The notes beneath the pieces are model-generated. The model was given only the letters and a program-made list of their open reading frames with translations, was not told where the DNA came from and made no database searches. Both the position numbers and the translations under genes were made by a program. DNA of 64,000 bases from Hypanus sabinus (taxonomy: Eukaryota): the NCBI RefSeq assembly GCF_030144855.1, contig NC_082718.1, positions 32,612,001 through 32,676,000 on the forward strand, in the 5' to 3' direction. Positions 38,191 to 50,612 of the stretch are shown in pieces; position 1 is the first letter of the stretch; every line of letters begins with the position of its first letter.

Positions 38191-39786
38191 CAGTGCCTAT
38201 AAAAAGTATTTAACCTCCCTGGAAGTTTTAATGTTTTACAACATTGAATCATCGTGGATTTAATTTGGCTCTTTTTGACAATGATCAACAGAAAATTTCT
38301 TTTGTATCAAAGTGAAAGCAGATCTCTACAAAGTGATCTAAATCACAAATATAAAACACTAAATAACTGACTGCATAAGTATTCACCCCCTTCAAGTCAG
38401 TAGTTAGTAGATGCACCTTTAGCAGCAGTTACAGCCTTGAGTCCATCAGCTTTACACATCTGGACACTGCAATTTTCCCCATTCTTTTTTACAAAACTGT
38501 TCAAGCCCTTTCAGATTGCTTGGGGGAATCATGAGTGAACAGACCTTCTCAAGCCCAGCCACAAATTCTCAACTGGATTGAGGTCTGGACTCTGACATGA
38601 CCCTCCAGGAAATTAACTTTGTTGTTTTTGTTATTCCTGTATAACTTTGGCTTTATGCTTGAGGTCACTGTCTTGCTGGAAAACAAATCTTCTCCCAAGT
38701 CGCAGCTCTCTAGCACACTGCATCAGGTTTTCCTCCAGGATTTCCCTGTGTTTGCTACATTCATTTTACCCTCTACCTTCACAAGCCTTCCAGGGCCTGC
38801 TGCAGTGAAGCATCCCCACAGCATAATGCAACTACCACCATACTTCATGGTAGAGGTGGTGTGTTTTTGATAATGTGTAGTGTTTGGCTTATGCCAAACA
38901 TAGCATTTAGTCTGATGGCCAAAAAGCTCAGGTTTGGCTTAATCAAACCCTAGAACCTTCTTCCAGCTGACTTCAGAGTCTCCCACATACCTTCTGGCAA
39001 ATGCTAACCAAGACTTCATGAGAGTTAATTTCAACAGTGGCTTTCTCTTTGCAACTCACCCATAAAGCTGTGACTGGTGAAGCACCTGGGTAACAGTTGT
39101 ATGCGCAGTCTCTCCTATCTCAGCCCCTGAAGCTTGTACCTCCTTCAGAGATGTCACAGGTCTCTGGGTGGCCTCCCTCACTAGTCCCCTTCTTGCAAGG
39201 TCACTCAATTTTTGAGGACAGCCTGGTCTAGGCAGATTTACAGCTGTGCATTATTCTTTCCATTTCTTGAAGACCAACTTAACTGTACTCCAAGGGATAG
39301 TCAGTGACTTGGAATTTTTTTGTGCATCCAGCTCCTCACTTGCGCTTTTCAATAACCTTTTCACGAAGTTTCTTAGAATGTTCTTTCGTCTTCCTGGTGT
39401 AGTTTTTGACAGGATGCTGACTCACCAAAAGTTGGACTTTCCAGATACAGGTGTATTTTTACTAGAAACAATTCAAACACCTTGACTGCACACAGGTGAT
39501 CTCCATTTCACTAATTACATGATTTCTAAAAGCAATTGGCTGCTCCAGTGATGATTTGGTGTGGCATATCAAAGGGTGTGAATACTTATGCAATCAATTA
39601 TTTTGTGTTTTATATTTGCAATTAATTTAGATCACTTTGTAGAGATCTGTTTTCACTTGGACATGAAAGAGTTTTTTTCTGTTGATCAGTGTCAAAATGC
39701 CAAATTAAATCCTGTGATTCAATGTTGTAAAACAATAAAACATGGAAACTTTTGGGGCCAGAGGTGAATACTTTTTATAAGCGCTG
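38191..39786 (-). mobile_element. Tc1-like transposon of IR/DR type (~200-bp TIRs), decayed
   Basis: Left TIR cagtgcctataaaaagtatt...aagtattcacccc mirrored at ~39575-39786; internal KHGGSCIMLWGCF-like remnant on the minus strand. Confidence 0.88.
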
Positions 39787-39885
39787 TCGAACAGAATGCC
39801 GAAATTAAGTATGCACAAACCAAAATTACTACAAAATGCATACTTTATTGGCACCAAAGATAGAAGTCAAGACTAGACACAGTAC

Positions 39886-40026
39886 CTGTTTAATAGCCTG
39901 TTGTAATTTGTCCAGATTGATTTCACTGGCTTCCTTAAGCAATGTCTTTTCATCCATTTTGAGCATGGAGACTCTATACTGACACAGTTCTACAACCACT
40001 ACATCTGGCTGCACTTCTTGAATAGT
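39886..40026 (-). CDS. TRABD: TRABD coding exon 4
   Basis: ttccag|ACT...CAG|GTACT; TIQEVQPDVVVVELCQYRVSMLKMDEKTLLKEASEINLDKLQQAIKQ; 141 nt. Confidence 0.97.
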
Positions 40027-41393
40027 CTGGAATAAAACAATAAGTATGTCATTCTTTGGGAAGCACATTTGTAACAGAAATATCACAAGAAGGAATTTTA
40101 TTAAATTGAAGATACACTAACTAGATTCTGGAAGAAATGCTGAACTTTTCTACTGAGGGATTGAAGGATCTTCAAAAACAATATTCTATAAAAGATTTTG
40201 ATGCTTTGATTCAAAAAGTTATTATAAAAATGTCAATATTCTTTTTCCATTGTGCAATTCCTATCAATATTTTTGTTCTCAATATAAGTTGATACAGAAG
40301 CCTCAGGACCAACACCACCAGGCTCAGGAACAGTTACCCCTCAACCATAATTAAAAACTTCACTCAACTTCACTTGCCCCATCATTGAAATGTTCCCATG
40401 GCCAATTTATTCACTTTCAAGGACTCCTCAGCCCATGTTCTTGATATTTATTCCTTATTTATTTACTATTATTACTTTTATTTTGTATTTGCATAGTTTG
40501 TCTTTTGCACATTCATTGTCTGTCTATCCCGTTGGATGCAGTCTTTCATTGATTCTATTGTGGTTCTTGGATTTATGTGTATGCCTGCCAGAAAATGAAT
40601 CTCAGGGTTGTATATGGTGACATATACGTATGTACTTTGATGGTTCCTTAAGGTTGTTATAACTAGGAGTGGTAATGGGGAAAAAAATCCCACTCGCTAT
40701 TAAATGCTCCTAATGTCGAGCACCTCAAATAGCATCTGACACCCAAGTCCAGCTCCTGGCCTTCACATGAGGCTTAGTTACTAAACTGAGCGGAACCCTT
40801 TTCAGTAGAAACGGAAAGGGCAAAGGCCGTTTACTGCTGCCTTAAAACCAGCAGCTTCGGGCTCATGGGGCTCGCCAGCCGCGGTTGGCAGCTCATCTAG
40901 AAGGAGAACGCTGACCTCAAATTTTCCTTGCCTTATGGCTATACCCACTCACGAGGTAGACTTTGTTATTAAACCAGAGGAAAAAAGCCGGAGCTGGAGT
41001 CAAATTGTATTGATCTCTGCTGTTCCTTTAGGTTCCTCATTAGATGCGTGGAGAGGGGGAGCTCGCTACATGGGCCACAGCTTGCTCTCCATATTGTACT
41101 GCCCAGGCTTGAGCATCTAGGCAGCTAGGACATAACATTTATGGCTGACCCTGACTGATAGAGGCCTCACAAGTACTTTAATAATAATTTTATTTTGAAC
41201 TTTGAATTTGTTCGGCCTGTAACTTTAATACCAGCTGATGATGTTAACTGTGCAAAATACATCAGCTATTGCAGCATTTTATCAAAGTTTTGCATAGCCT
41301 TGTCTACCAACTCACATTAGATTTTAAACTTTTTACGACTAGCTCCTTTCATTATTTATCAAACAGACTACAGAACAATGCTGCTGGAATACA

Positions 41394-41570
41394 AAACACA
41401 AAGTACACTGCAGATGCTGTGGTCAAATCAACACGTACAAACAAACTGGATGAACTCAGCAGGTCGGGCAGCATCTGTTGAAATGAGCAGTCAATGTTTC
41501 GGGCTGAGACCCTTCATCAGGACTCAACGGATGCTGCCTGACCTGCTGAGTTCATCCAGCTTGTTTGTAC
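41394..41570 (-). mobile_element. Penelope-derived short element with an inverted-repeat structure and 13-bp TSD
   Basis: TSD ctgctggaataca at 41381-41393 and 41571-41583; the 3' part is an inverted copy of the internal segment. Confidence 0.85.
41489..41524 (-). ncRNA. Minimal type I hammerhead ribozyme motif (Penelope-type)
   Basis: Minus strand AGUC-CUGAUGA-A-GGGU-CUCA-GCCC-GAAA-CA-UU-GACU: stem I AGUC/GACU, intact core, stem II, minimal stem III. Confidence 0.65.
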
Positions 41571-43084
41571 CTGCTGGAATACAGGTGTTCAAAATATGAT
41601 TTAATTCATCCTTGACTGGTATGGTATATAAATTAGCTTTCCAACTTTATGTATACACGTTGAAACGCAAACTGAATGAATACTTGTAGCCGCTATTATG
41701 ACTTTCATTTTGCCCTCAGAATCTGAATATTCAGCCATACTTTTGGCCTGATTGAAATGTGACTGTAATTCAAAACTGCACATGGTGAAAATCTGAAATA
41801 AAAACAAAGTGCTGGAAATATTCACCAGGCCAAACAGTAACTACAGAGAAAAAAAATAACGGGCATTGAGCTTTACCAGAAAACAAAAAAGTGATCCTGC
41901 ATGTTTTAAGATGCAGAGAGGGAAAGAGAAGGAGTGGACGAAGAAAATGTATTCATGTGGAGACCAAGGTGTCCAGGTAAGACTATGCTCATGTTGAAGT
42001 AACTGTCATTGCTGATAATCCCTCTAATCTCGTCTGTCTATGGCACTCCCTATTATGTAAAGGGAAGCTGGGTTTTAGGAAGACCTTCCTACAAAAAGTC
42101 TCACTCCAGAGGTGTGTCTAGTGGTTTAACTTCAAGTGTCTTGCTTGAGTACAACTGCCCCAGCCTTTTCTTTACTTCCACTTAGTTTCCATCCAGACAG
42201 TTTCTATCCCACTGTTGTAAGACTATTGAACAGTTCTCTAACACGATAAAATGGGACTCCTGACCTCATCATCTATCTCATTATGACCTTGCACCTTACT
42301 GTCTACCTGCACGTTCTCTGTAATTGTAAGACTACATTGAAGCCCGTCATCGTTTTACCCTGCTCTACCACAATGCACTGTTGTAATGAATTGATCTGTA
42401 TGAACAGTATGCAAAGCAAGTTTTTCCACTGTACCTTGGTATACTTGACAATAAATCAATTTACCATTTAATTTAATTTACCAATTTTCAAATATCCATA
42501 TCCAACACTTCTCATCCTCCATCAGATAGGCTAGCAACCATCATTCATTACAAGTCCCTGACTTGCACAACTACATCAAATGTACTTCCTTGCACCTTGC
42601 TTCCTGTAGATACTTCATTTTAATTCTTCCAGTTTCTCATCTGATTATATCTTTGCTAATACGACTTATCACAATCAACGCCTTTGAAGTATCTTCCTTT
42701 TCATTAACCATGGTTTCTCTTCTACCTTAGCTGAAAATAGTTCTGCAGTTGTTGCTTATTTCCCACACTTCTGTTCTCTTTCTCCAGCCCTCTAGACAAG
42801 TTCTGACTTTCCACCTCACCTCCACATTCAGTGGATCCTCCACCACCAAATACATCTTCCCCTCCCTTCCAGCATCCGGTAGGGACCATTCTCTTTGAGG
42901 CTCTCCAATTTGATCTTCCATTGCTACCAAGCACATCCCTTTTCATGACACTTCTCTATGCAACAGGCAATAACTAACTAACTTGCACCTTAATTCAGCT
43001 TTTCTCTTTTCACAAATAATGCTTTGCCTGCTGAACATTTCCAGCACTGTTTTACCAACTGTGGCTACCCTCATTAAACAAAGA

Positions 43085-43340
43085 GTAGTGTAGAGGTTAG
43101 CACAATGCTTTGCAGTGCCGGCGACTTGGGTTCAGTTCCCACCGCTGCCTGTATGGAGTTTGCATGCTCTCCCTGGATTTACCTCTGGGTGCTCCAGTTT
43201 CCTCCCACAGTCCAAAGACCCAACAGACAGTAGTTTAATTGGTTACTATAGGCTAGGGTTAAATCGGGAGTAGCTGGGTGGCTGCTCGAAGGGGTGGAAG
43301 GGCCTACAGCAGGCTGTATCCCAATAAACAAATAAATACT
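43085..43340 (+). mobile_element. V-SINE (HE1-like)
   Basis: tRNA head plus V-domain. Confidence 0.72.
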
Positions 43341-43554
43341 ATTTATATTACTAAACCACTGACTGAAATCTAAGGAGACAAACCATGTTGAGAGGTTGAC
43401 TGTACCTGAAGTTTCTCCACGCCTGAAAGCAATAAGTTTATGATCTGAAGATTGTTTTACATTGAATTAAAGTTCATTTTAATGCTTAGCATTCTTATAC
43501 ACAATTTACCAGTGGACAAGTTTTTCTAAAGTTGGAGCTGTTTTTTCTTTTTAC

Positions 43555-43721
43555 CTTTACAACATCTCTTCTGCTACTATCGCTAAAGTGGGCTGTGCCA
43601 ACCAGGTACACCTTACAACCATCTTCAGTGCTAAGTTCAGTGACAGTGTCTGGCAGATTTGGTTTCCCTTGCCTTTTTCGCATCTTCATTTCCCACAAAA
43701 GTTTAAAAGCATCTTCATCTG
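43555..43721 (-). CDS. TRABD: TRABD coding exon 3
   Basis: tgcag|CAG...AAG|GTAAA; (S)DEDAFKLLWEMKMRKRQGKPNLPDTVTELSTEDGCKVYLVGTAHFSDSSRRDVVK (TraB GTAH motif); 167 nt. Confidence 0.97.
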
Positions 43722-44139
43722 CTGCAAATAAATAAATATGTTACAAGTATGCTTGTCACATTAGGAACAGGAACACAGTTTCAGTGGTGCTCCATAAAAC
43801 TATGTACCACATTGCAGACTCAATGGTACTAGCTGAAACCCGCACAATTTCTAAACTTGCAGTATTTACAGTTGTGAAAAATTAATGAGCTGACTTACTT
43901 ATGTTATTTTTATTGTCTAACACTAATTCCACTGAAGACCATTAGACGTATAAAATGGAAGTTCAGTCCCAAAAACAAAGGTCACAGCTTAAAGAGAGAT
44001 CTTATGGGCAATAAACCTTTCCTTTTGGATTAGTAATACTTTATTTTTAAACCTGATAAAGTTTTTTTGTTAAATTGGAGCTGAACAAATGGTATAACTT
44101 GTTTAACAATGCCAATAGGTGGCTGTGCCTCTCGTTACA

Positions 44140-44695
44140 CCATGGTCGCCTAACGGTTAGCGCGGCAGTATTACAGCTTAGGGCGTTGGGGTTCAGAGTT
44201 CAATTTCAACGTCCTCTGGAAGCAGTCTGTATGTTCTCTCCATGGAACTTGTAGGCTTTCTTGTGCTCCGGTTTCCTCTCTCAGCCCAAAGTTGTACAGG
44301 TTAGTAGGTTAATTGGTCATTGTAAATTGTCCGATGGCTGGCTGGTGGCACAATGGCACCAGTGCTGGACTCCGGAGTGAAGGCTCCCAAGTTCGAATCC
44401 GAGTCAGGCCACCCCCCAGCACGCTTTCCATCTGTGCCGGGTTGAGCGTCAAGATAGCCACTCGGCCTCGTAAAAAATAAGAGGGTCAAGTCAGGAACTT
44501 TCATACTGTGACCCGGTTAATCCGAAAGGAGACCAATCCTGACACCACGCGCCAGACAAGAATGGCTGACTGTCTGGTGAGACACGCTTAAAAAAAACCT
44601 GTCCGATGATTAGGTTAGGGTTAAATCGGGGATTGCTGGGTAGCTTGGCTCAAAAGGGCTAAAGGCCTATTCTGCGATGCATCTCAATAAATAAA
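44140..44695 (+). mobile_element. V-SINE split by a nested tRNA-derived SINE
   Basis: V-domain runs to ...gtaaattgtccgat and resumes tgtccgatgattaggttagggttaaatc. Confidence 0.75.
44336..44597 (+). mobile_element. tRNA-derived SINE with A-tail
   Basis: Box A tggcacaatgg, box B gttcgaatcc, A8 tail, flanking direct repeat tgtccgat. Confidence 0.8.
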
Positions 44696-45029
44696 TTTTT
44701 AAAATAACACAAGCCTTAACTGCTTAAACCCAAAATGCAAGCTTCACGTTTTTATAATGGGGCCTACACCGTCCATACCATTTTGTTGACTTTACCACAC
44801 AGAGCCACAGAAATTAAAATTTTTGAGTTTACCAAAATAAGACTATTAGAGAGGGACAGTAACTGAGTTTTGTGATTCCATCTAAGAATATTAATGTTAA
44901 GCTAGTCTTCCCATTGTCACTTTTCTGCAGCTATAAAATACACAAGAATATGTGAATCAGCCCGTTATTCAGTAAGAATGTGGCAAATCAAATTCTACAC
45001 TCTTGACAACTGCAGGAAACTTTCACCAT

Positions 45030-45660
45030 TTTGCTTACCAAGTCCCTATCAACACTCATCTTAACAAAATTCATAGACTCTGCCTCCACCACTTGAAAAA
45101 GTGCTCCAAAGTCTCAGAGCCCTGAAAAAAAAACCCAGGACTTATCTTAAATGGGCATCATCTAATTTTTAAACAATGGTTTCCAAGTTTTAAATTTTCC
45201 AGAACAGGAAACGTGCTTTCCACATCCATTCTGACTGGATCACTCAACAAAGCACTCTCACTCTTCTAAACTCCAGAGGATACAAGCCTAGCCTCGCCAA
45301 CTTTTCCTCGGAGTAATATCTCCTTTCCACGTAAGCCTCCGAAATGCTTCCAGAATGATGTCCTCCCTTACATAAAGACACCAATACTTTGTACAGTACT
45401 CTAACTGTGATCTCCGTGTCCTATGCAACCGAAGGATAACGTTCTTTACCTTGGAGTTCAAATCCACAATAAATGACAGCATCTTACCTTTCTTATTTAC
45501 TTGCTGTACCTGTGTACCAACTTTTTGCAAGTCACGCACTTGGACACGAAAAACCTCACTGTAATCCCTCAGCATTTAGAGAATCTTGTTCCACCCCCCC
45601 AGTTTCACATTTTCCCACATTTCCATTAGTTATCATCACCCTTTTGTAGCCTCACATCTC
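45030..45660 (-). mobile_element. Old CR1 fragment
   Basis: Degenerate QLEYCTKYW-like peptide. Confidence 0.55.
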
Positions 45661-45824
45661 TTCTTCCCAATGTTCCTATCTGTGGATTCAGCAACAATTT
45701 AGTAGTAATACTTTAATTTCCTTTTCCCAATACATTTCTAAAAATCAGAAAGAAAATGAGGCTTCACTATTTCCAGAGATCAACAAGCAAAATATATTTT
45801 AGCCCTTTTTCCTGTTGTAGCCCT

Positions 45825-46085
45825 TCGTTTGTGACGCTATTACAGCTCAGGGCGGAGGAGTTCGGAGTTCAATTCCGGTGTCATCTGCAAGGAGTCCATA
45901 CGTCCTCCACATGGAATGCGTGGGATTTCCTGTCGGGTGCTCCAGTTTCCCAAAGATGTACTAGGTAGGTTAATTGGCCATTGTAAATTGTCCCATGATT
46001 AGATTAGGGTTAATTGGGGTTGCTTAAATGACGTGGCTCAAAGGGCCAGAAGGGCCTAATCCAAGCTGTATCACTAAATAAAATA
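45825..46085 (+). mobile_element. V-SINE (HE1-like)
   Basis: gttcaattccgg box B plus V-domain. Confidence 0.72.
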
Positions 46086-46809
46086 AATATTAGAACAAAA
46101 ATGAGGATTTACTGTTTCCTGAGGCCCACGAGGGAGAAATATTTTATACCTATTTTTTTCCTGTGCAGTAGCAAATCTTTCTAAGCCAATATGTTGCTTC
46201 TACACCACGAACCCTTGTGTACAACAACCTTCAGTGTGGCATCTTATGAAACACCTTTAGAAAATTTTTATCCACAACAGATTATTTCTTCTCAAAAACA
46301 CTGGTATATCAATCAAACAATTTTCCTTTCATGAAGCCATGTTGACTTTGCTGATTAGCTCAGTATTTTCCAGATGTCCTACTGGATCTTTGAAGCCTTC
46401 TAACTTATCGCCGTTTGACAGATGTTGAGGTAACTCGCCTTCTGTTTTGTGTGTTGGCTTGAATAAAATATGATAAGGCATCATATCTTCTCTGCCATTC
46501 CAATTACGACTGGATTTTAGAACATAAAGCCCCTCCCTAATGAAGGCATTGAAAATAACATTGTGAGATTAGACTCTTATTTGTAGAACTGACATATTAT
46601 GGGTGTTTTTCTCCCACAATCCAAAGGTTAGTAGGGTGATTGGTCATTGTAAATTGCCCCATGATTATGTTAGGGTTAAATCGGGAGTTGTTCGATAGCA
46701 TGACTTGAAGGGCCGGAAGACCTATTCCGCACTGTATTGCTAAATAAATAAAGATAAATCAATTACACAATAAACTCCACATGCTTAAACCCAAAGTAAG
46801 TTTCATGTA

Positions 46810-47319
46810 CAGGTTTCCCCCGCTACTCGAAGGCACTGTGTTCCTACAAAACTGTTTGTAAACCGAAATGTCGTAAATCAAAGAAGCAATTACCATTAAT
46901 TTATATGGGAAAAATTCGTTCTCAGACCCAAACAAAAACCTATCAAATCAAACCAAATAACACACAAAACCTAAAGTAACACTAACATATAATAAAAGCA
47001 GGAATAATATGATAAATGTACACCCTATATAAAGTAGAAATATTGTATGTACAGTGTAGTACTTATCAAACTCAGGGAGACAGCGAAACAAAATTGATTT
47101 GGAGAAAAAAAATCCGCACGTACACACATTCGCAAACAACTGCCTGCAGTAGGCTTCACGGTCATTGTAGTCTTTCTCAGGGTAAACACACATATAAAGC
47201 GGGCGTCTTTTTTTGTAAAAGTGAAAATTCTCTTTGGTTAGCGAAAACAGGTACCAATGTAGGTCTTTCGTTACAGCGAAGTGTCGTAGAACGAACATTC
47301 GAAAAACGGGGGACACCTG
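46810..47319. mobile_element. Tigger-like MITE
   Basis: TIRs caggtttcccccgctactcgaa / ttcgaaaaacgggggacacctg; TA at the left end. Confidence 0.75.
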
Positions 47320-48562
47320 CATTTACAACTTGATGTATCAGTAATCAGTATAGTTCAAAGGTCCATTTAGTAACAAAGCATGCATCTATATACACCTGTT
47401 TTGTGACTATCTGAAGACAAATTTCAAAAGAAGTGAAAGTTGTTCAGAGATACATCAAACCCACCCACCCCCACACAAAAACAATGGCAACACGATCGTC
47501 ATCCCCAACCCCCCCCCCTTTTGCACAAAATGGAACAGGAATATCTACCCCCAAAAAAAATCAACCCTTTTCCCACACAAAAAAACCACAACAGAACATC
47601 AACCCTCAAACCAATCAAAAGGACAGACATTGGCACTGAAACTCGCTTGCCTTCCACATGTGTGTCGATGCTTTATTTGGTGACTAATGGACACTTTAAC
47701 CGGCAAAATGGAATTGAACATCAGTTCGCTCCATCTCTAAGTTTTTTTGCATTGAGGCTGTCCGAGCTCGTGCTCGCTTACCAGAACCTTCTTGGAAACA
47801 GCAAAGCGCTGAGTCACTCAAATGATCTCAAAACTGTAAATCACAGGGTCCAACAGTCCCAGAAACACATTCAAAGTGAAAAGCAGACATAAAAGTTAAA
47901 AAAAAAGACATCTTCGAAAGCTATCTGGAAGATGTCGACCAAGTGAGCGTTCTACACTGGTGCCATCTTGATTAGAAGAAATAAGTGTCATATATTTATG
48001 GCACTTTTGACATCCCGTGTAAATTTGCATTGTAGACATAACACTTCCATTTTAAAAAGGTACAAGTTACTAATGGTGAAACTACTCAGTTAATTTTATT
48101 CTCAATAAGCTTCCTGAAACAAACATTTACCTGGGCTTTCTGAATAATTCTTCAGCTAAATGTTAAAACCCCAATGTGAATGGTCATTTTGATAAAATAA
48201 AATTGTCCAATTCAATGTAGTTTTTTCCTATTACAAACTGACTTCCAAATTTCTTTCCTGCTGGGAACCCAAGGAAAATGTGAGAAAGTTGTATTCTAGT
48301 TCTTCCATTTAAACTACTTCTCTGTATGTTTAAAAGAATGGAACCCAAAGGAATCAGAATAACAGTAATGGAATGAAATAAGTTAACAAGACAAATGACA
48401 AGTTGTAGGGAAGCACAATCACTTTATGATCATAGATCCTCCTAAAGCGACGGTACTGTTCATAAGAGGGGACCATAATACCCTCTGCCAAGAGATCCAC
48501 AACCTTATTGTAGAGTTTGGAGCCCTGTATTACCCTAATATCTCAATGACCCAGAGAGCTAT

Positions 48563-48786
48563 TGATGCACGATCAATTACTCTAAAAGACTGGAAGTAGA
48601 GTAAATACTGAAAGGCTTTTATTAACAACAAAATGGATCCACGTCCATGCTGCACAACTCTCCTGGACAGTGGGAGGAGCAGTGACACAATCGCCTTTAT
48701 TCAGGGGTCTGTGGGAGAAGCCACAGGAGCAGTCAGCAGAGGGACGTGTCCAGGCATGTCCAGACAGATATACATAGTTTACCACA
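48563..48786 (-). mobile_element. Solo LTR (224 bp)
   Basis: TG...CA termini, perfect 5-bp TSD gctat (48558-62 / 48787-91), AATAAA on the minus strand. Confidence 0.8.
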
Positions 48787-49153
48787 GCTATGTTGGCTGG
48801 AGTCAGGACCTTGTGCTTTAGCTCTTGATGGCAAACAGGTCAAAGGGTAGAGGCCAGACTGAGCATGGTCCACTGGTCCTCCAGGTAGTTCAGACTAAGA
48901 GTGGTCCTTTAGATCAAGAGGTTCAGCTCAGGACTATCAAGCTTAACTGGTCAAAAACAAATTGTTATGGAAACAGCAAGGATCCTTCTGTATCTATCTG
49001 CAATGGTACGGAGAGACTGAGATGGAGGACCTTCATTGTTGTCCTAAATACCAGCAGAGCAATGCGCAAATTGCACAATAACACCCAGATCATATCACAA
49101 GCAATTACATTCATTTTCAGTCATATTTTGCTGAAAGTTAATAAAAGGCTTAC

Positions 49154-49229
49154 ACAAGTTTTGAGGAATATCCGACATATTGTGCGGATCATCATCGAAT
49201 ACTGCTGGTGGTGTTGGGCTTGCTTCTGC
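49154..49229 (-). CDS. TRABD: TRABD coding exon 2
   Basis: catag|GCA...T|GTAAG; AEASPTPPAVFDDDPHNMSDIPQNL(S); phases 0/1 join the flanking exons; PQNLS matches vertebrate TRABD. Confidence 0.85.
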
Positions 49230-49364
49230 CTATGGATGAAAGCAGTACCAAAAGTGATTTTTAAATTGTTTTAAACTTATGAAAGCAGTACACAGTCTTC
49301 CATTAGGTTAAGCTCAACAGACATTCTGATAATGTAATAAGCAAATCAAGCAACATATACTTTA

Positions 49365-49790
49365 GCAACACACAAAAACTGCTGAAGGAACAACAGATCA
49401 GGCAGCATCTATGGAAAAGAGTAAACTGCTGATGTTTCGGGACTGAGAAGGAAGAGGGAAGATGCCAGGATAAAAAAGGTGGGTGAGGGGAAAGAGGCTG
49501 GCTGGAAGACGATAGGTGAAGCCAGGTGGGTGGGAAAGGTTAAAGGCTGGAGAAGGAATCCGATAGGAGAGAATGGACAATTAGAGAAAAGGAAGGAGAA
49601 GGGTGACCCAGGGGAAATAATAGGCAGGAGAGAAGAAATAGGAAGTCAGATTGAGGAATGGAGGGGCAGCGGGGGGAGAAGAGGAGATAGGTTTATCAGA
49701 AAGAGAAATCAATATTCATAAGGTTGGAGGATACCCAGACAGAAAACAAGGTATTGCTCCTCCACCCTGAAGGTGGCCTCATCTTGCCAC
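49365..49790 (-). mobile_element. Penelope-like element 3' fragment
   Basis: Minus-strand EEQYLVFCLGILQP resembles the PLE GIY-YIG C-terminus, followed by the same terminal family sequence as the short elements. Confidence 0.65.
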
Positions 49791-50612
49791 AATAACATAA
49801 ATCTTAATATTTAAAATACTTTGTTTTTTTCTTTTATACCACTGGAGTTTGGAGACAGATTTCCTCAAGTACACATTAACGTTGACTCTTTCCAGGTCAC
49901 AATGACCCCATCAGTTACTTTACATGAACAGTAATATTACTGAGCTTCTTGGTGAAGGATAAAATTAGATTTATTCCTGTTAAAGGGGTGTTGTGGATTG
50001 GAGAACCAAACACTAAAGTTATCAACCTGATTCACAGCACCCTCAAATTTTCCAGTTTATTTTTGGCTTGGGAAATCAATAAAGCCTGGGGAACTGTGAT
50101 TATCACACTGTCTGATCCAAATACGCCTTTCAAATGACATTCTGTGAAGGGTGACATAATAAGACACAATTTATGGTGGTGTTTTAAACAGTGCTTTTAT
50201 CCAGTTACAGCATCTTTGCTCCAACTTGGGATACATTTAATTAAAATTCTCCTTTTCATATACGATTGCCTAGCGATTGGAAATCATCTTCACTTCATCT
50301 GGCTGCTCAGCACAGTGAATACAGGCACACAAGCAGAGGGCACTTGCATTCTTTTCTGGGTGCAGGCACACTGCAAGAAACTAGCTGGAAGTAAGTCATT
50401 AATGAACTTGTTAAGTGAAAAGCCCTCTCAATAAGTATGCCTTACACTGCAATGGCTCACTGTATTTTACTGTTTGTTTTATGTTCTAATCTGTACTTAA
50501 GTGCGATGGCATACCACAATTCTGACTCCTTGTATTTTGTGATACTTTCAAAATTGCATACCTTTAAGTAAGTAGTCTTAACAGAAAGCACAATCAAAAT
50601 CTACAGAAAATG

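Noticed and set aside
44336-44410. tRNA gene
   Set aside because: Boxes A and B are present but there is no clean cloverleaf; it is followed by a SINE body, A-tail and TSD.
48825-49274. 149-aa plus-strand ORF antisense to TRABD coding exon 2
   Set aside because: Non-ATG start within repeat-derived sequence and no recognisable domain.
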